Shown: positions 9,460 through 19,700 of the stretch, piece by piece | How the letters are laid out: each line of letters starts with the position of its first letter | Numbering within the stretch: position 1 is the first letter of the stretch | Assembly (NCBI GenBank): GCA_039917615.1 | Contig: JBDSJD010000031.1 | Span: 19,718 to 83,717, forward strand | Direction of reading: 5' to 3' | DNA: 64,000 nt | DNA from: Steroidobacteraceae bacterium | Lineage (GTDB): Bacteria > Pseudomonadota > Gammaproteobacteria > Steroidobacterales > Steroidobacteraceae | Made by a program: the position numbers and the translations under genes | The notes under the pieces: generated by a model | Told to the model about the DNA's origin: nothing | Databases searched by the model: none | Seen by the model: only the letters and a program-made list of their open reading frames with translations

Positions 9460-10178
9460 AGGGCCGCACGCGCGCGCTGGTATTGGCTGTGCAACTCAAC
9501 CTGCATGCGTTGCTGCAGATCCTGCACCACGGCAGGCTCACCAAGCAGCACATCGCGGCCTATCCATACCGGAGCGCCAATGGCGATGGCAATGCGGCTG
9601 AAGGGCCAGGGCAACACGAATTTGTCCCAGTTGAAAAGCCACGCGCGCGACGCCGCATAGGACATCGGCAGCAACGGACGTCCCGAAATCTGCGCCAGCA
9701 TCAGCGCGCCGGGCTTGAAGGCAAAGCGCGGCCCGGTGGGACCGTCGGGAGTGATCACCGGCGAAACATTCTCGTGCACAAGCAACTGGTAGTAGTCGCG
9801 CAGCGCACGCGCACCCGTGCGGGTCGATGAGCCTCGAATCACGCGCGCGCCGAGCCAGTTGGCGATCCGGGCCGGAATTTCTCCATCCACGGAAGGGCTG
9901 ACCAGAAAACCCAGGCGCAGGCCGCGTCGCATCTGCAGCAGCAGATAACGGCCACAGAACAACTCGTGCTGGTGCCAGTAGCACGGCAGCAGCGAGGGCG
10001 CCTTGGCCAGCGCAGCGTCGAGATGTTCGGCTCCCTCCACCCGCACGATGCGACAGCTGCCCCACCAGGCGCGCAGCACAACCAGGACTACCGGGGCGAT
10101 CAGCACATAGGCCAGGCGTCGCAGCGGCGTCAGGCGGCGCTTTGAGACCCGCTCTTCGGGTAGAATTTCCGGCTTCAT
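9456..10178 (-). CDS. DUF374 / lysophospholipid acyltransferase family protein
   Basis: SPSVDGEIPARIANWLGARVIRGSSTRTGARALRDYY...ITPDGPTGPRF is the DUF374 signature. Its stop overlaps the GT39 start (ATGA). Confidence 0.75.
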   Translation of the reverse strand: MKPEILPEERVSKRRLTPLRRLAYVLIAPVVLVVLRAWWGSCRIVRVEGAEHLDAALAKAPSLLPCYWHQHELFCGRYLLLQMRRGLRLGFLVSPSVDGEIPARIANWLGARVIRGSSTRTGARALRDYYQLLVHENVSPVITPDGPTGPRFAFKPGALMLAQISGRPLLPMSYAASRAWLFNWDKFVLPWPFSRIAIAIGAPVWIGRDVLLGEPAVVQDLQQRMQVELHSQYQRARAAL

Positions 10179-11496
10179 GACGTCAGATCAGCTCCTGCCA
10201 CCCGAATCGGACCAGCGTTTCGACATCGGCTCGACAGCAGATTCGCTCGACCGCATGCGCGGCATCTATGCACAGCTGGGCGATGCGTATCGGGTCTATG
10301 CACCCGGCCGGCAATCACACACCTGGGTGTTCAACCACCCCGACGACGTGCGCCGCATACTGATCGCCAACCACCGCAACTATGCCAAGGGCGTGGGTTT
10401 CGATCGCATCAAGATCCTGCTGGGCAACGGCATCATAGTGAGCGAGGGAGAGTTCTGGAAGCGGCAGCGGCGCATGATGCAGCCCACCTTCCATCGCCGC
10501 ATCCTGGGTCAGTTCGATCGCATGATCGCGACTGCGAATGACCGGCTGCTCGGCGCCTGGCAGGATAAATGCGCGCGCGGCGAACCGGTGAACGTCACCG
10601 ACGACATGAGCGGTATGACGCTGGAGATCGTGCTCGGCGCCATCTTCGGCGATGACCTCGCCGCGATGGCAAGTGCCGGCGACAATCCGTTTGCCGTGCT
10701 CACCGACGAGCCGGCGCGCGACCTGCGTTTTGCGTACCGCTTCCGCAAACTCGCGGCCATGATCAGCCAGTGCGTGGCGCAACGCCGCGCCGCGGGCAGC
10801 GAGCCGGCCGGCGATCACCCGGACTATGTGTCGATGCTGCTCAACGCGCGCGACAAGGAGACTGGCGAAGGCATGACCGACAAGGAGATCGTCGATGAGA
10901 TCACGACGCTCATCGTCGCGGGCCATGAAACCACTGCCAGCGCGTTGAACTGGACCTGGTACCTGCTTGGCGAGCATCCGGAGGTCGAAGCAAAGCTGCA
11001 CGCAGAGATCGACGCCAACGAGGAACTGGGCGTGCCGTCGCTGCAAGCCATGGAGGCCCTGCCCTATTCCAATATGGTGATCCGTGAGGCCATGCGGTTG
11101 TATCCGCCTGTGTGGGTGGTGTCGCGCCGGACCATCGAAGCCGACACCCTCGCCGGCTTCACCGTGCCAGCCGGTACCGATGTGTTTTTCAGCCCCTATT
11201 TCGTGCATCGCCATCCGGACTTCTGGAGCGACGCAGAGAAATTCGTGCCCGAACGTTTCGCACGCAGCGATGAGGACGAGCGCCCGAAGCTCACCTACCT
11301 GCCGTTCTCCGCGGGCGCACATCACTGCATCGGCGAGACGCTCGCCCTCTACGAAATGCTGGTGCATCTCAACCGATTTGCCCGCCGCTTCCGGCTGCGC
11401 CGCGTCGACAACGATCCGGTGGAGTTCGAGGCGCTGATCAATCTGCGCGCCACCCGGCCCTTCCTCATGCGGCTCGAACCGCGCCAGAACAGCTGA
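10177..11496 (+). CDS. cytochrome P450
   Basis: Heme-thiolate loop FSAGAHHCIGETLA, EXXR (EAMR), and the I-helix motif LIVAGHETTA. Confidence 0.9.
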   Translation: MTSDQLLPPESDQRFDIGSTADSLDRMRGIYAQLGDAYRVYAPGRQSHTWVFNHPDDVRRILIANHRNYAKGVGFDRIKILLGNGIIVSEGEFWKRQRRMMQPTFHRRILGQFDRMIATANDRLLGAWQDKCARGEPVNVTDDMSGMTLEIVLGAIFGDDLAAMASAGDNPFAVLTDEPARDLRFAYRFRKLAAMISQCVAQRRAAGSEPAGDHPDYVSMLLNARDKETGEGMTDKEIVDEITTLIVAGHETTASALNWTWYLLGEHPEVEAKLHAEIDANEELGVPSLQAMEALPYSNMVIREAMRLYPPVWVVSRRTIEADTLAGFTVPAGTDVFFSPYFVHRHPDFWSDAEKFVPERFARSDEDERPKLTYLPFSAGAHHCIGETLALYEMLVHLNRFARRFRLRRVDNDPVEFEALINLRATRPFLMRLEPRQNS

Positions 11497-11502
11497 GACT
11501 TC

Positions 11503-13473
11503 ATGACTGCCAGAACCCTGAATGAACTGATGGAACGCAACCGCACCGCGGAGCGAGCCATCGTCTACCACAGCGGCGAAGGACAGTCGCGCACTGTGCG
11601 CTATGCACAACTGCAGCAGCGCGCACTCGGCCTGTTGTTCCACCTGCAGCAACTTGGCGCGAAGCCCGGTGACAAGCTGCTCCTGCTGCTGAACAACAAC
11701 GAACAGTTCATCGACGCCTTCTGGGCCGCCGTGCTGGGCGGGATCGTGCCGGTGCCGGTTGCCATCGGCATCAGTGACGAACATCGCCACAAACTGCTGC
11801 GCATCGCCCACAAGCTTGGGCAGCCGTTCATCTACACCGATCGCAAGACCCTGGAGCGCGTGGGTCAGTTTGCGGCGCAGAGCACCGATGCGGATGCCCG
11901 TACCGCATTTGCCCGGCTGCGGCCGCGCGCCTTCCTGGTGGAAGACCTTGGCGATCTGTCGCGGCCAGGCATGGAGCACGCGGCTGTTCCCGCGGACACT
12001 GCCTTTATCCAGTTTTCCTCCGGTTCCACCAGCGATCCCAAAGGCGTGGTGCTGACACATGCCAACCTGATGGCGCATGGCGAGGCAGTGACGCGTGTGG
12101 CTGGCTTCAACGAGACCGACGTCAGTCTGTCCTGGATGCCGCTCACCCATGACATGGGCCTGATCGGCTTTCACCTGGTGATGTTCGCCAATCGCGTAAA
12201 CATGCACCTGATGCCCACTGAGCTGTTCGTGCGGCGTCCGCTGCTGTGGCTGGCCATCGCTTCCGAGCAGCGCGCCACGCTGCTGTGTTCGCCGAATTTC
12301 GGCTATCGCCACTACCTGAAAGTGCTGGGCGATCGCTCGCCCGGCAACCTGGATCTGTCTGCTGTGCGGCTCATCTTCAATGGCGCCGAACCGATTTCGG
12401 TCGAGCTGTGCGAGGAATTCATGGCGCGCATGTCGGCGCTGGGTCTGAAGCGCAATGCGATGTATCCGGTGTACGGACTCGCCGAAGCGTCGCTGGCTGC
12501 CAGTTTTCCACCGCTGGCGCGACCAATCCGGACCGTGTTGCTAAACCGGCACCGCATGGGTGTGGGCGATACCGCAGAAATCGTCGCCGAACCAGGCCGT
12601 GATTCTGTGTGCCTGGTCAGCGTCGGCGCGCCCATTCCCGGTTGCGAACTGCGCATCGCCGGCAACGATGATGCAGCGCTGCCTGATGGCAACATCGGAC
12701 ACATCCTGATCCGCGGCGACAATGTCACCGGTGGCTATTTCGATGAACCGGTCGTGAATGCGGCCAGCTTTACCAACGACGGCTGGCTGCGCACCGGCGA
12801 CCTGGGCCTGATGCACGACGGCGAGCTCTATATCACGGGCCGCGCGAAGGAAATCATCTTCGTCAACGGCCAGAACTACTACCCGCATGACCTCGAAGCC
12901 ATCGCGCAGCAGGCTCCGGACATGGAGCTTGGCAAGGTGGTGGCCGCTGGCGTGCGACCGCCGGGCGCAGAAACGGATCAGCTCACGGTTTTCGTCCTGC
13001 ATCGCGGTGATCTGGCGACATTCCCCGCGCTGGCGGCGGCGATAACCCGGCTCATCAATGAACAGACCGGGCTGGAAGTGGCGCAGGTCGTGCCGGTGAA
13101 ACGCATTCCCAAGACCACCAGCGGCAAGATACAGCGGCATCTGCTGGAACAGCAGTTGCTGGACGGTGAGTTTGCCCCCGACCTGGCAGAAGCCCGCAAG
13201 CATTCCGGCGGGCTGCAGCCGGGAGTCAGTACGGCAGCCGACTCCGTTGAAGCGAGACTCCTTGCCATCTGCAATGGCGTGCTCGCATCGCGCAAGGTGG
13301 GCCCTGACGATAACCTGTTCGAGATTGGGGTCAGCTCATTGAAGCTCATCGAGATCCACGAACAGATCGATCGCGACTATCCGGACCAGGTGGACCTCAC
13401 CGAACTTTTTGATTACCCCACGGTGGCGCAGCTCGCGCGCCATCTCTCGGCGAAGCTCGCTCAGTCGGCGTAG
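11503..13473 (+). CDS. fatty acyl-AMP ligase (FAAL) fused to an acyl carrier protein domain
   Basis: AMP-binding core FIQFSSGSTSDPKGVVLTHANL. FAAL-like WMPLTHDMGLIGFHL. C-terminal PP-binding domain with DNLFEIGVSSLKLIEI. Confidence 0.85.
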   Translation: MTARTLNELMERNRTAERAIVYHSGEGQSRTVRYAQLQQRALGLLFHLQQLGAKPGDKLLLLLNNNEQFIDAFWAAVLGGIVPVPVAIGISDEHRHKLLRIAHKLGQPFIYTDRKTLERVGQFAAQSTDADARTAFARLRPRAFLVEDLGDLSRPGMEHAAVPADTAFIQFSSGSTSDPKGVVLTHANLMAHGEAVTRVAGFNETDVSLSWMPLTHDMGLIGFHLVMFANRVNMHLMPTELFVRRPLLWLAIASEQRATLLCSPNFGYRHYLKVLGDRSPGNLDLSAVRLIFNGAEPISVELCEEFMARMSALGLKRNAMYPVYGLAEASLAASFPPLARPIRTVLLNRHRMGVGDTAEIVAEPGRDSVCLVSVGAPIPGCELRIAGNDDAALPDGNIGHILIRGDNVTGGYFDEPVVNAASFTNDGWLRTGDLGLMHDGELYITGRAKEIIFVNGQNYYPHDLEAIAQQAPDMELGKVVAAGVRPPGAETDQLTVFVLHRGDLATFPALAAAITRLINEQTGLEVAQVVPVKRIPKTTSGKIQRHLLEQQLLDGEFAPDLAEARKHSGGLQPGVSTAADSVEARLLAICNGVLASRKVGPDDNLFEIGVSSLKLIEIHEQIDRDYPDQVDLTELFDYPTVAQLARHLSAKLAQSA

Positions 13474-14348
13474 ACGCTGCGCTTGAGCTTCCAGCGCCTG
13501 TGGCCCCAGGTCCAGTCGCCGGGGGCGGCGCGGATCTCCTGCTCGACCAGCCGCGCATAGCGGCTGGTGAATTCGCCGGGCGCCAGCTGTTCACCGGCAT
13601 CGGCAAGCGGCATGAACTCCACTTCGTAGTTGCCACGACTGATGCGTCGCAATGCCACGAAGACAGCAGGATAACGGGCGGCGCGCGCCATCTGCTCCGG
13701 CCCCATGTAAAAGGCCGTGTCACGTCCGAGAAATGTCACCCAGTGCTGGTGGTCGCTGGTGGTGGGCTCCTGGTCCGCCAGCATGGCGATGCCACGCACG
13801 ATATGCCGGCGCTGCAGCAGATCCGGCAGCAACTCCTTCGCCGGCACCAGGTGCGCGCCGAAACGCGTGCGGATGATATGCATGGCGCGATCAACTGGCC
13901 CGCTCTTGATCGGCTTGTAGCCCACGTCCAGCGGATATCCCAACTGCAGCGCCATCACCTGCAGCACCCATTCCCAGTTGGCCTGGTGCGCTGCCACCAG
14001 CAACACCGGTCGTTCCCGTGACAACAGCTCGCGCGGCAATTCGATGTTGCGCACCGCGACATGCGCCAGCAACTGCGCTGGAGACCACCGCGCACCGCAG
14101 ATGATTTCCGCGAGCATCTGCCCCAGTTGCCGGTAGTGGTCGCGGGCGATGCGCCGCACTTGCGCATCGCTTGCCGTGGGGAAGCAGCCGCGGATATTTG
14201 CCAGCACCACCGGCCGCCGCAGCCGCAACACGTGAAATGCGAACCAGGCGAGCGCCCCGAACATGAGGTACAGCAGTGGCAACGGCACCCATGACAACAC
14301 CCGCAGCCAGAGCGGCAAGGCGCGATCAGGATGTGCCGGAGCGGTCAT
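13461..14348 (-). CDS. LpxL/HtrB-type lipid A (Kdo2-lipid IVA-like) secondary acyltransferase family protein
   Basis: N-terminal TM helix. HX4E catalytic motif (AAHQANWEW). The overall layout resembles lauroyl/myristoyl acyltransferases. Confidence 0.75.
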   Translation of the reverse strand: MTAPAHPDRALPLWLRVLSWVPLPLLYLMFGALAWFAFHVLRLRRPVVLANIRGCFPTASDAQVRRIARDHYRQLGQMLAEIICGARWSPAQLLAHVAVRNIELPRELLSRERPVLLVAAHQANWEWVLQVMALQLGYPLDVGYKPIKSGPVDRAMHIIRTRFGAHLVPAKELLPDLLQRRHIVRGIAMLADQEPTTSDHQHWVTFLGRDTAFYMGPEQMARAARYPAVFVALRRISRGNYEVEFMPLADAGEQLAPGEFTSRYARLVEQEIRAAPGDWTWGHRRWKLKRSVYAD

Positions 14349-14400
14349 TGGGCGGGAATATTAGATGTTATGCTGCGGCCCCCGAACTGGAATCGAAGCC

Positions 14401-15855
14401 ATGAACGAAATAAATCTGTTGATCGGTGGGGTTGATGCAGCTGCCAAAGGCGGCGCAACTTTCGAGCGCAGGAGCCCGATCACGGGCGAGGTCGTGTCCT
14501 GCTCGGCTGCCGCATCGGCTGAAGATGCCCGCGCCGCCTGCGACGCTGCCGCGAAGGCTTTTCCGGCCTGGTCGGCGCTGGGTCCGAACGCGCGCCGCAA
14601 ACTGCTGATGGAGGCGGCCACCAAATTGCGTGCTCACAGCGCCGATTTTTCCAGGTTGTGCGTAGAAGAGACCGGCGCCATCGGCATCTGGGGGCATTTC
14701 AATACCGGCTTCGCGGCCACCATCCTGGAAGAAGCCGCGGCGATGACCACGCAGATCACCGGCGAGACCGTGCCCTCCGACCATGCCGGCACGTTTGCGA
14801 TGGCAGTGCGCCAGGCCGCGGGGGTATGTGTGGGTATGGCGCCCTGGAACGCGCCGGTCATCCTTGGGGTGCGCGCAATTGCCATGCCGCTGGCCTGCGG
14901 CAACACCGTGGTGCTCAAGGCTTCGGAACTGTGTCCGGCCGTGCATCGGCTGATCGTCGATGCCTTTGTCGAAGCCGGTCTGCCCGCAGGCGTGGTGAAT
15001 TTCGTCGCTCATTCTGCTGCTGACGCGCCTGCCGTGGCAGAAGCGCTCATCGCCCATCCAGCGGTTAAACGCGTGAACTTCACCGGCTCAAGCCGCGTCG
15101 GCCGCATCATCGGCGAGCTTTGCGGCAGGCACCTGAAGCCCTGCCTGCTCGAGCTGGGCGGCAAGGCGCCGCTGCTGGTGCTGGAAGATGCGGACCTCGA
15201 CGAAGCCGTTGCGGCCGCAGCCTTTGGGGCATTCATGCACCAGGGACAGATCTGCATGTCCACAGAGCGCATCATCGTGGTCGACAAGATCGCCGATGAG
15301 TTCGTGAAGCGTTTCGTCGCCAAGGTGAAGACACTGCAGATGGGCGATCCGACCAAGGGCAAATTTCTCATTGGTGCCTGCGTCGACGCGAAAACCGTGG
15401 ATCACGTGAAAGTGCTGATTGCGGACGCCACCGCGAAGGGTGCGAAGGTGCTGGCTGGCGGCACAGGTCCCGGCGGCGCCTTTTTCGAGCCCACCGTTGT
15501 GGATGCCGTCCAGAAAGGCATGCGCATCTATGGTGAGGAATCCTTCGGCCCGGTCGTCGGGGTGCTGCGCGCCCGCGACACGGATCACGCCGTGGAGCTC
15601 GCCAACGACTCCGAATACGGCCTGTCGGCGGCAGTGTTCAGCCGCGACATCAACACGGCATTTGCCGTGGCCCAGCGCATCGACTCTGGAATCTGTCACA
15701 TCAACAGCCCCACCGTGCAGGACGAGGCACAGATGCCCTTCGGGGGCACCAAGAGCAGCGGCGTGGGCCGCTTCGGTGGCAAGGCCGGGGTCGCTGAATT
15801 CACCGACCTGCGCTGGATCAGCATTTCCACCAAGGCCCGCCACTATCCGATCTGA
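14401..15855 (+). CDS. NAD(P)-dependent aldehyde dehydrogenase
   Basis: ORF 14365..15855 trimmed to ATG 14401. Has ELGGKAP and catalytic Cys context (QGQICMSTERIIV). The EESFGPV motif is present. Confidence 0.9.
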   Translation: MNEINLLIGGVDAAAKGGATFERRSPITGEVVSCSAAASAEDARAACDAAAKAFPAWSALGPNARRKLLMEAATKLRAHSADFSRLCVEETGAIGIWGHFNTGFAATILEEAAAMTTQITGETVPSDHAGTFAMAVRQAAGVCVGMAPWNAPVILGVRAIAMPLACGNTVVLKASELCPAVHRLIVDAFVEAGLPAGVVNFVAHSAADAPAVAEALIAHPAVKRVNFTGSSRVGRIIGELCGRHLKPCLLELGGKAPLLVLEDADLDEAVAAAAFGAFMHQGQICMSTERIIVVDKIADEFVKRFVAKVKTLQMGDPTKGKFLIGACVDAKTVDHVKVLIADATAKGAKVLAGGTGPGGAFFEPTVVDAVQKGMRIYGEESFGPVVGVLRARDTDHAVELANDSEYGLSAAVFSRDINTAFAVAQRIDSGICHINSPTVQDEAQMPFGGTKSSGVGRFGGKAGVAEFTDLRWISISTKARHYPI

Positions 15856-15944
15856 GCCGCCTTCAGGAGGCGTTCAGGGGGCGTTTTGCTACAATCGTCC
15901 CCGAGTTATTGAATCGGGCCACACGCCCCTGGAGTTGATAGTCC

Positions 15945-16331
15945 ATGTCCGTTCCCGCCAATTTGCTTGTACTCGCTACGGCGCTCGTGGCTCCTGTTGC
16001 ATTTGCTGCCGCACCGAAGCCGGATATCGAAAATGGCCAGGAGTTTTTTACCCAGGTCTGCGGCATTTGCCATTCGGCCACCAAGGAGCCGGGCGGTCCG
16101 GTCCTGGGTCCGAACCTGGTGGGCGTCGTGGGGCGCAAAGCGGGCACTCTCCCCGGCTTCGCCACATACACACCGGCCCTGAAGGCCTACGGTGTCAAGT
16201 GGAGCGCGAAGACGCTGGATGAATTCCTGGTGAACCCGGCGATGAAAGTCCCCGGCACATTGATGGCCATGCCGGTGCCGGATCCCCAGACCCGCGCCGA
16301 TTTGATCGCTTATCTCGCGACGCTGAAATAG
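15945..16331 (+). CDS. class I c-type cytochrome
   Basis: Signal peptide, a single CGICH heme-binding motif, and a distal Met (PGTLMAMP). Confidence 0.85.
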   Translation: MSVPANLLVLATALVAPVAFAAAPKPDIENGQEFFTQVCGICHSATKEPGGPVLGPNLVGVVGRKAGTLPGFATYTPALKAYGVKWSAKTLDEFLVNPAMKVPGTLMAMPVPDPQTRADLIAYLATLK

Positions 16332-16342
16332 CCAGCGCGGAT

Positions 16343-16768
16343 TTAGCGCGACCAGCAGTCGCTTAGGGCGCCTGAGCCAGATGACGTCCGCGCGCCTGCC
16401 TGGTTCAAGGTAAGCGTGCCGCACGCCGTGTCCTTGGCAAGCTGGGCCCCAACGGGCGTGGCGACTACCCGATAGGTATTCTGCGCGAGCGTATCCAGCG
16501 TAATTGCGTAGCGGGTATTCAGGCTGCCGGCAGTCAGACAGCCCATACCGGTCAGCGAGGCCGTAGCATAGCTCAGGTTAGTAGTGTAGAGCCGTTCCAG
16601 CAGTTGCGTGGCCTCCGACACACAGGCTCGGGCTGCTGCGCGATGCCCACGCACCACGTAACTGGTGTACGCCGGCACCGCAATTGCGGCCAGGATGCCG
16701 ATAATCGCCACTACGACTACCAGCTCGATGAGCGTGAACCCGGATTTCCTGAAACGATGTGGCTGCAT
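16343..16768 (-). CDS. pilE: type IV minor pilin PilE (set 1)
   Basis: ORF 16343..17104 trimmed to ATG 16768. Prepilin motif [21 protein letters not shown]-terminal Cys pair. Confidence 0.85.
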   Translation of the reverse strand: MQPHRFRKSGFTLIELVVVVAIIGILAAIAVPAYTSYVVRGHRAAARACVSEATQLLERLYTTNLSYATASLTGMGCLTAGSLNTRYAITLDTLAQNTYRVVATPVGAQLAKDTACGTLTLNQAGARTSSGSGALSDCWSR

Positions 16769-16781
16769 GTCGGTACATCCT

Positions 16782-19700
16782 CTAGTTGCGGATTTCGCGC
16801 CAAGTGAGGCGACGCGTGTCCACCGCTGAACCCTGTGTCGCGCGTTGGTCCTTGTTGGTGTCGTCCAAGGCCGTGTACATGATGCTTCCGGTGGAAGTGC
16901 TGAGGAAGATTGGCGCATTGGCGCCGTCGTCGAAGCCGAGGCCGGAGAGTGTCGTGGCGGTTCCGCCGATGACCACCTTATCCGAATCGTTGAATAGCCC
17001 ATCGCCGTTGAGGTCGAAGAAAGTCTTGGCAAGCCGTCCGCCAGTAAACGGATTGATTGCCATGATGAATCCCTTGCCCGTGGGCTTACAGACGTTCGAG
17101 CCATCGGGTATGCGGGTGGTGCCGATCAGCGCACCACCCTGGAACTGGTTCGACACCACCATGCGCTCGCCGGTGGAAGGCAGATCGATGTACCAGCCGA
17201 GCTTGCCGGTCATGTCGCCCGCACTAGGGAGTGTTACGGTCCTGACCGTGGTGGTGGAATCGTAAGCATAATTCACCACGCTTCGCTGCGCGAGGGTGAG
17301 GGCGCGCGTCGGCACCACTCCGGTGTCCTGGATTCCATACCAGGTCTGCGTCTGCGTATTGCCGATATCCGTATCGTGAAAGAACTTGCCGGTACCGAAA
17401 AATACCCAGGTGATGCCGGTAGCGGGATCCTTGCCAGACAGCGGAGCGGCCGTGATGGGTTGCGCTACTGCCGAAGGATCGACTGCAGTGAATATAGTGG
17501 CAGCGGCAGGCGTGCCAGCTACGTCGGTGATCTTCCACAGCCGGCCCTTCAGATCGCCCGCATAGATGGTGTCCGCAAACCGGTCGCCGTTGGAGTCGCG
17601 CGCCAGCACGGCCGAAAGTCCATTGGTGGTTACACCGTCCGTGTTGACAGTGGTGGTTGCGCCGGTCAGCACATTGATCGCGATGAGCTTCGCCGTGCCG
17701 GTGCTGCTTCCCGGGCCGTTTCCGATCAGCACCTGCCAAACGCCGCTGGCTGTCTGCGCTATGACCGGCTTGCCCAGGTTCTTGCCCAGCCCGGGGATAT
17801 CGGTGCCGTCCTTGTCCCACAGCAAGGTGATGCCGCCACTGCCGGCGACGGGATTGGTGACGTCGAGGGCAAATGCGCCCGGACCGCCACGGCCCAGCGT
17901 GCCCACGAGAATGGTCCTCCAGTTGGCGCCGTCGTAAACATCCGCAATCGCTATTTCGCCGTCCACGAAGTACTTGTGCACATAGTTCGGTGTGGAATAG
18001 GCCGCCAGGCCGTTGGCGATCGCCGTCTTGGGGACGAAGGCAAAAATCTCCTGGCCATTACTCGCGTTGAACCCGTGCAGCATGCCGTCGTTTGCGCCTA
18101 CCCAGATGACACCGGTGCGGGTCGCCTTGGCAGAAGCAAAACCCGCGTAGGTGCTGGCCCCGGGGAATCCCATCGACGCGTTATAAAGGGTTGGATTGGG
18201 CTTCGACACGAATATAGGCGTGGAATTGACGATATCGCCCAGCAGGCCGTTGGCGCGCGTCCGGAACGTACCGCCATTGACTTTTTCCAGGGTCCGGTCG
18301 CCGCGGATGTAATCCACCACAGTGGTAGATCCCATCGCCGTCTTCTGTGCACTGCTGAGATTGGCATAGGCGAAAGACACCAGCACGTTGTCGGTGGGGA
18401 TGTGGGTATAGATGCTGCGGCTGGCCCAGTTCGCCGGCGCCAAGGAACTTGTCGTGCTGGCTACCCAAGCGGGAGTCGCCGCCAGCGCTCCGCTGGCAGA
18501 GACCGCGAAGGCCGAAAGATCGCCACTCCAGTCGGTGCTGAACTGGGCCTGGAAGGTGCGCGTGCTGCCGCTCGTATCCACACTGGTCGAGTTGGCGGCC
18601 AGCGAAATTGCCGTGCCCAGGGAAGCTTCTGAGATATTGGCAAAGGCGTTGGTGAGGCTCTCGACCATCTTGTCGGCCTCGCTCGCGACGTAGAAATTGT
18701 CGGGTCGCAAGTCTGGGGTGCCGCTGCTGCTAAGGTTTTCACCCGACGCATTCCACAGCGAGGGCGACAGGGCAGCGGTGGCTGTTGTGGAGTCGTAGCC
18801 TTCCGGAACGGTGAATCCACCATACTTTGCCGCCAGCCAATACTGGTTGCTGTTCTTGGGCCTTAGATACTGGTTTTCACGCACGTCCACCCAGTGCGTC
18901 GAAACGGTCTGTTTATTGGGCATGCTGGCCTCGGTGCGCAGATCCGTGGTGTGCGCGTAGTACGCCAGACCGACCATGTACGCGGAATTGCTCGCGAAAT
19001 TGAATGTCGGATTGGTCGGGATCGTGATGCCTTCAACGGTCGCGACACGATCCAGCCAGGTTTTCACGTTTACGGTGTCGGCGCTGACCAGTGCCGGCGT
19101 TGCCGGCTCGTTCGACTTGCTCAGCACACCCTTGAGGTTCTGGTCATCCCAGGTATTCGTGTCGCCGATGCCCAAAATGGCGTTGTTCTGGCAGGAATAC
19201 TGCATTGGATCCTGCCACGAAGTGATGACCGGAAAGCCGTCGGCCTGGTTGTAACGGTTGGCGCCAGTGCCGGTGAGGGTGGTGTATTCCGGTATGTTGG
19301 CCAGGTTCCGCACATAACGGATCGCGGCGTAGTACATCTCACTGACGCTGTCGTAGCTTTTGTGGTCCTTGTAGAGTCCGGATGCGGGGTTGATGGTCGT
19401 CATCTGCCCGAACTTGTTCAGATAGTTGATGACGCCACTGTTGGTGATGGCTGGTGAGGTGCCTGGAGTTGCGGCGGCGTCGGCAGGGTCCGGGTTCTGG
19501 ATCAGCGTGCCATCCGCATTCCACTCCTTGTTCGTAGTGCCGCCTGTATTCGCCTCCCACATGTTGGTGGCCGGATTCAGCCTCTGCGGCCCGACAAATT
19601 TCTGCCTGGCACGCAGCGCCGCGCCGTCACGCAATAGGTTGTCTTCGTTCAGATACGCAAATACGCTGTAACGGAGCTTGTCGGAATACGTCTGGATCAG

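Noticed and set aside
10315-12312. 665-aa ORF on the minus strand, the longest unexplained ORF in the track
   Set aside because: It is entirely antisense to the P450 and FAAL-ACP genes, whose products carry clear catalytic motifs. Its translation is Arg/Gly/His/Ala-rich with no recognisable motif. This is a typical shadow ORF of high-GC DNA.
17376-18632. 418-aa plus-strand ORF inside pilY1
   Set aside because: It is antisense to a well-supported PilY1 coding frame and is Arg/Gly-rich with no domain signature.
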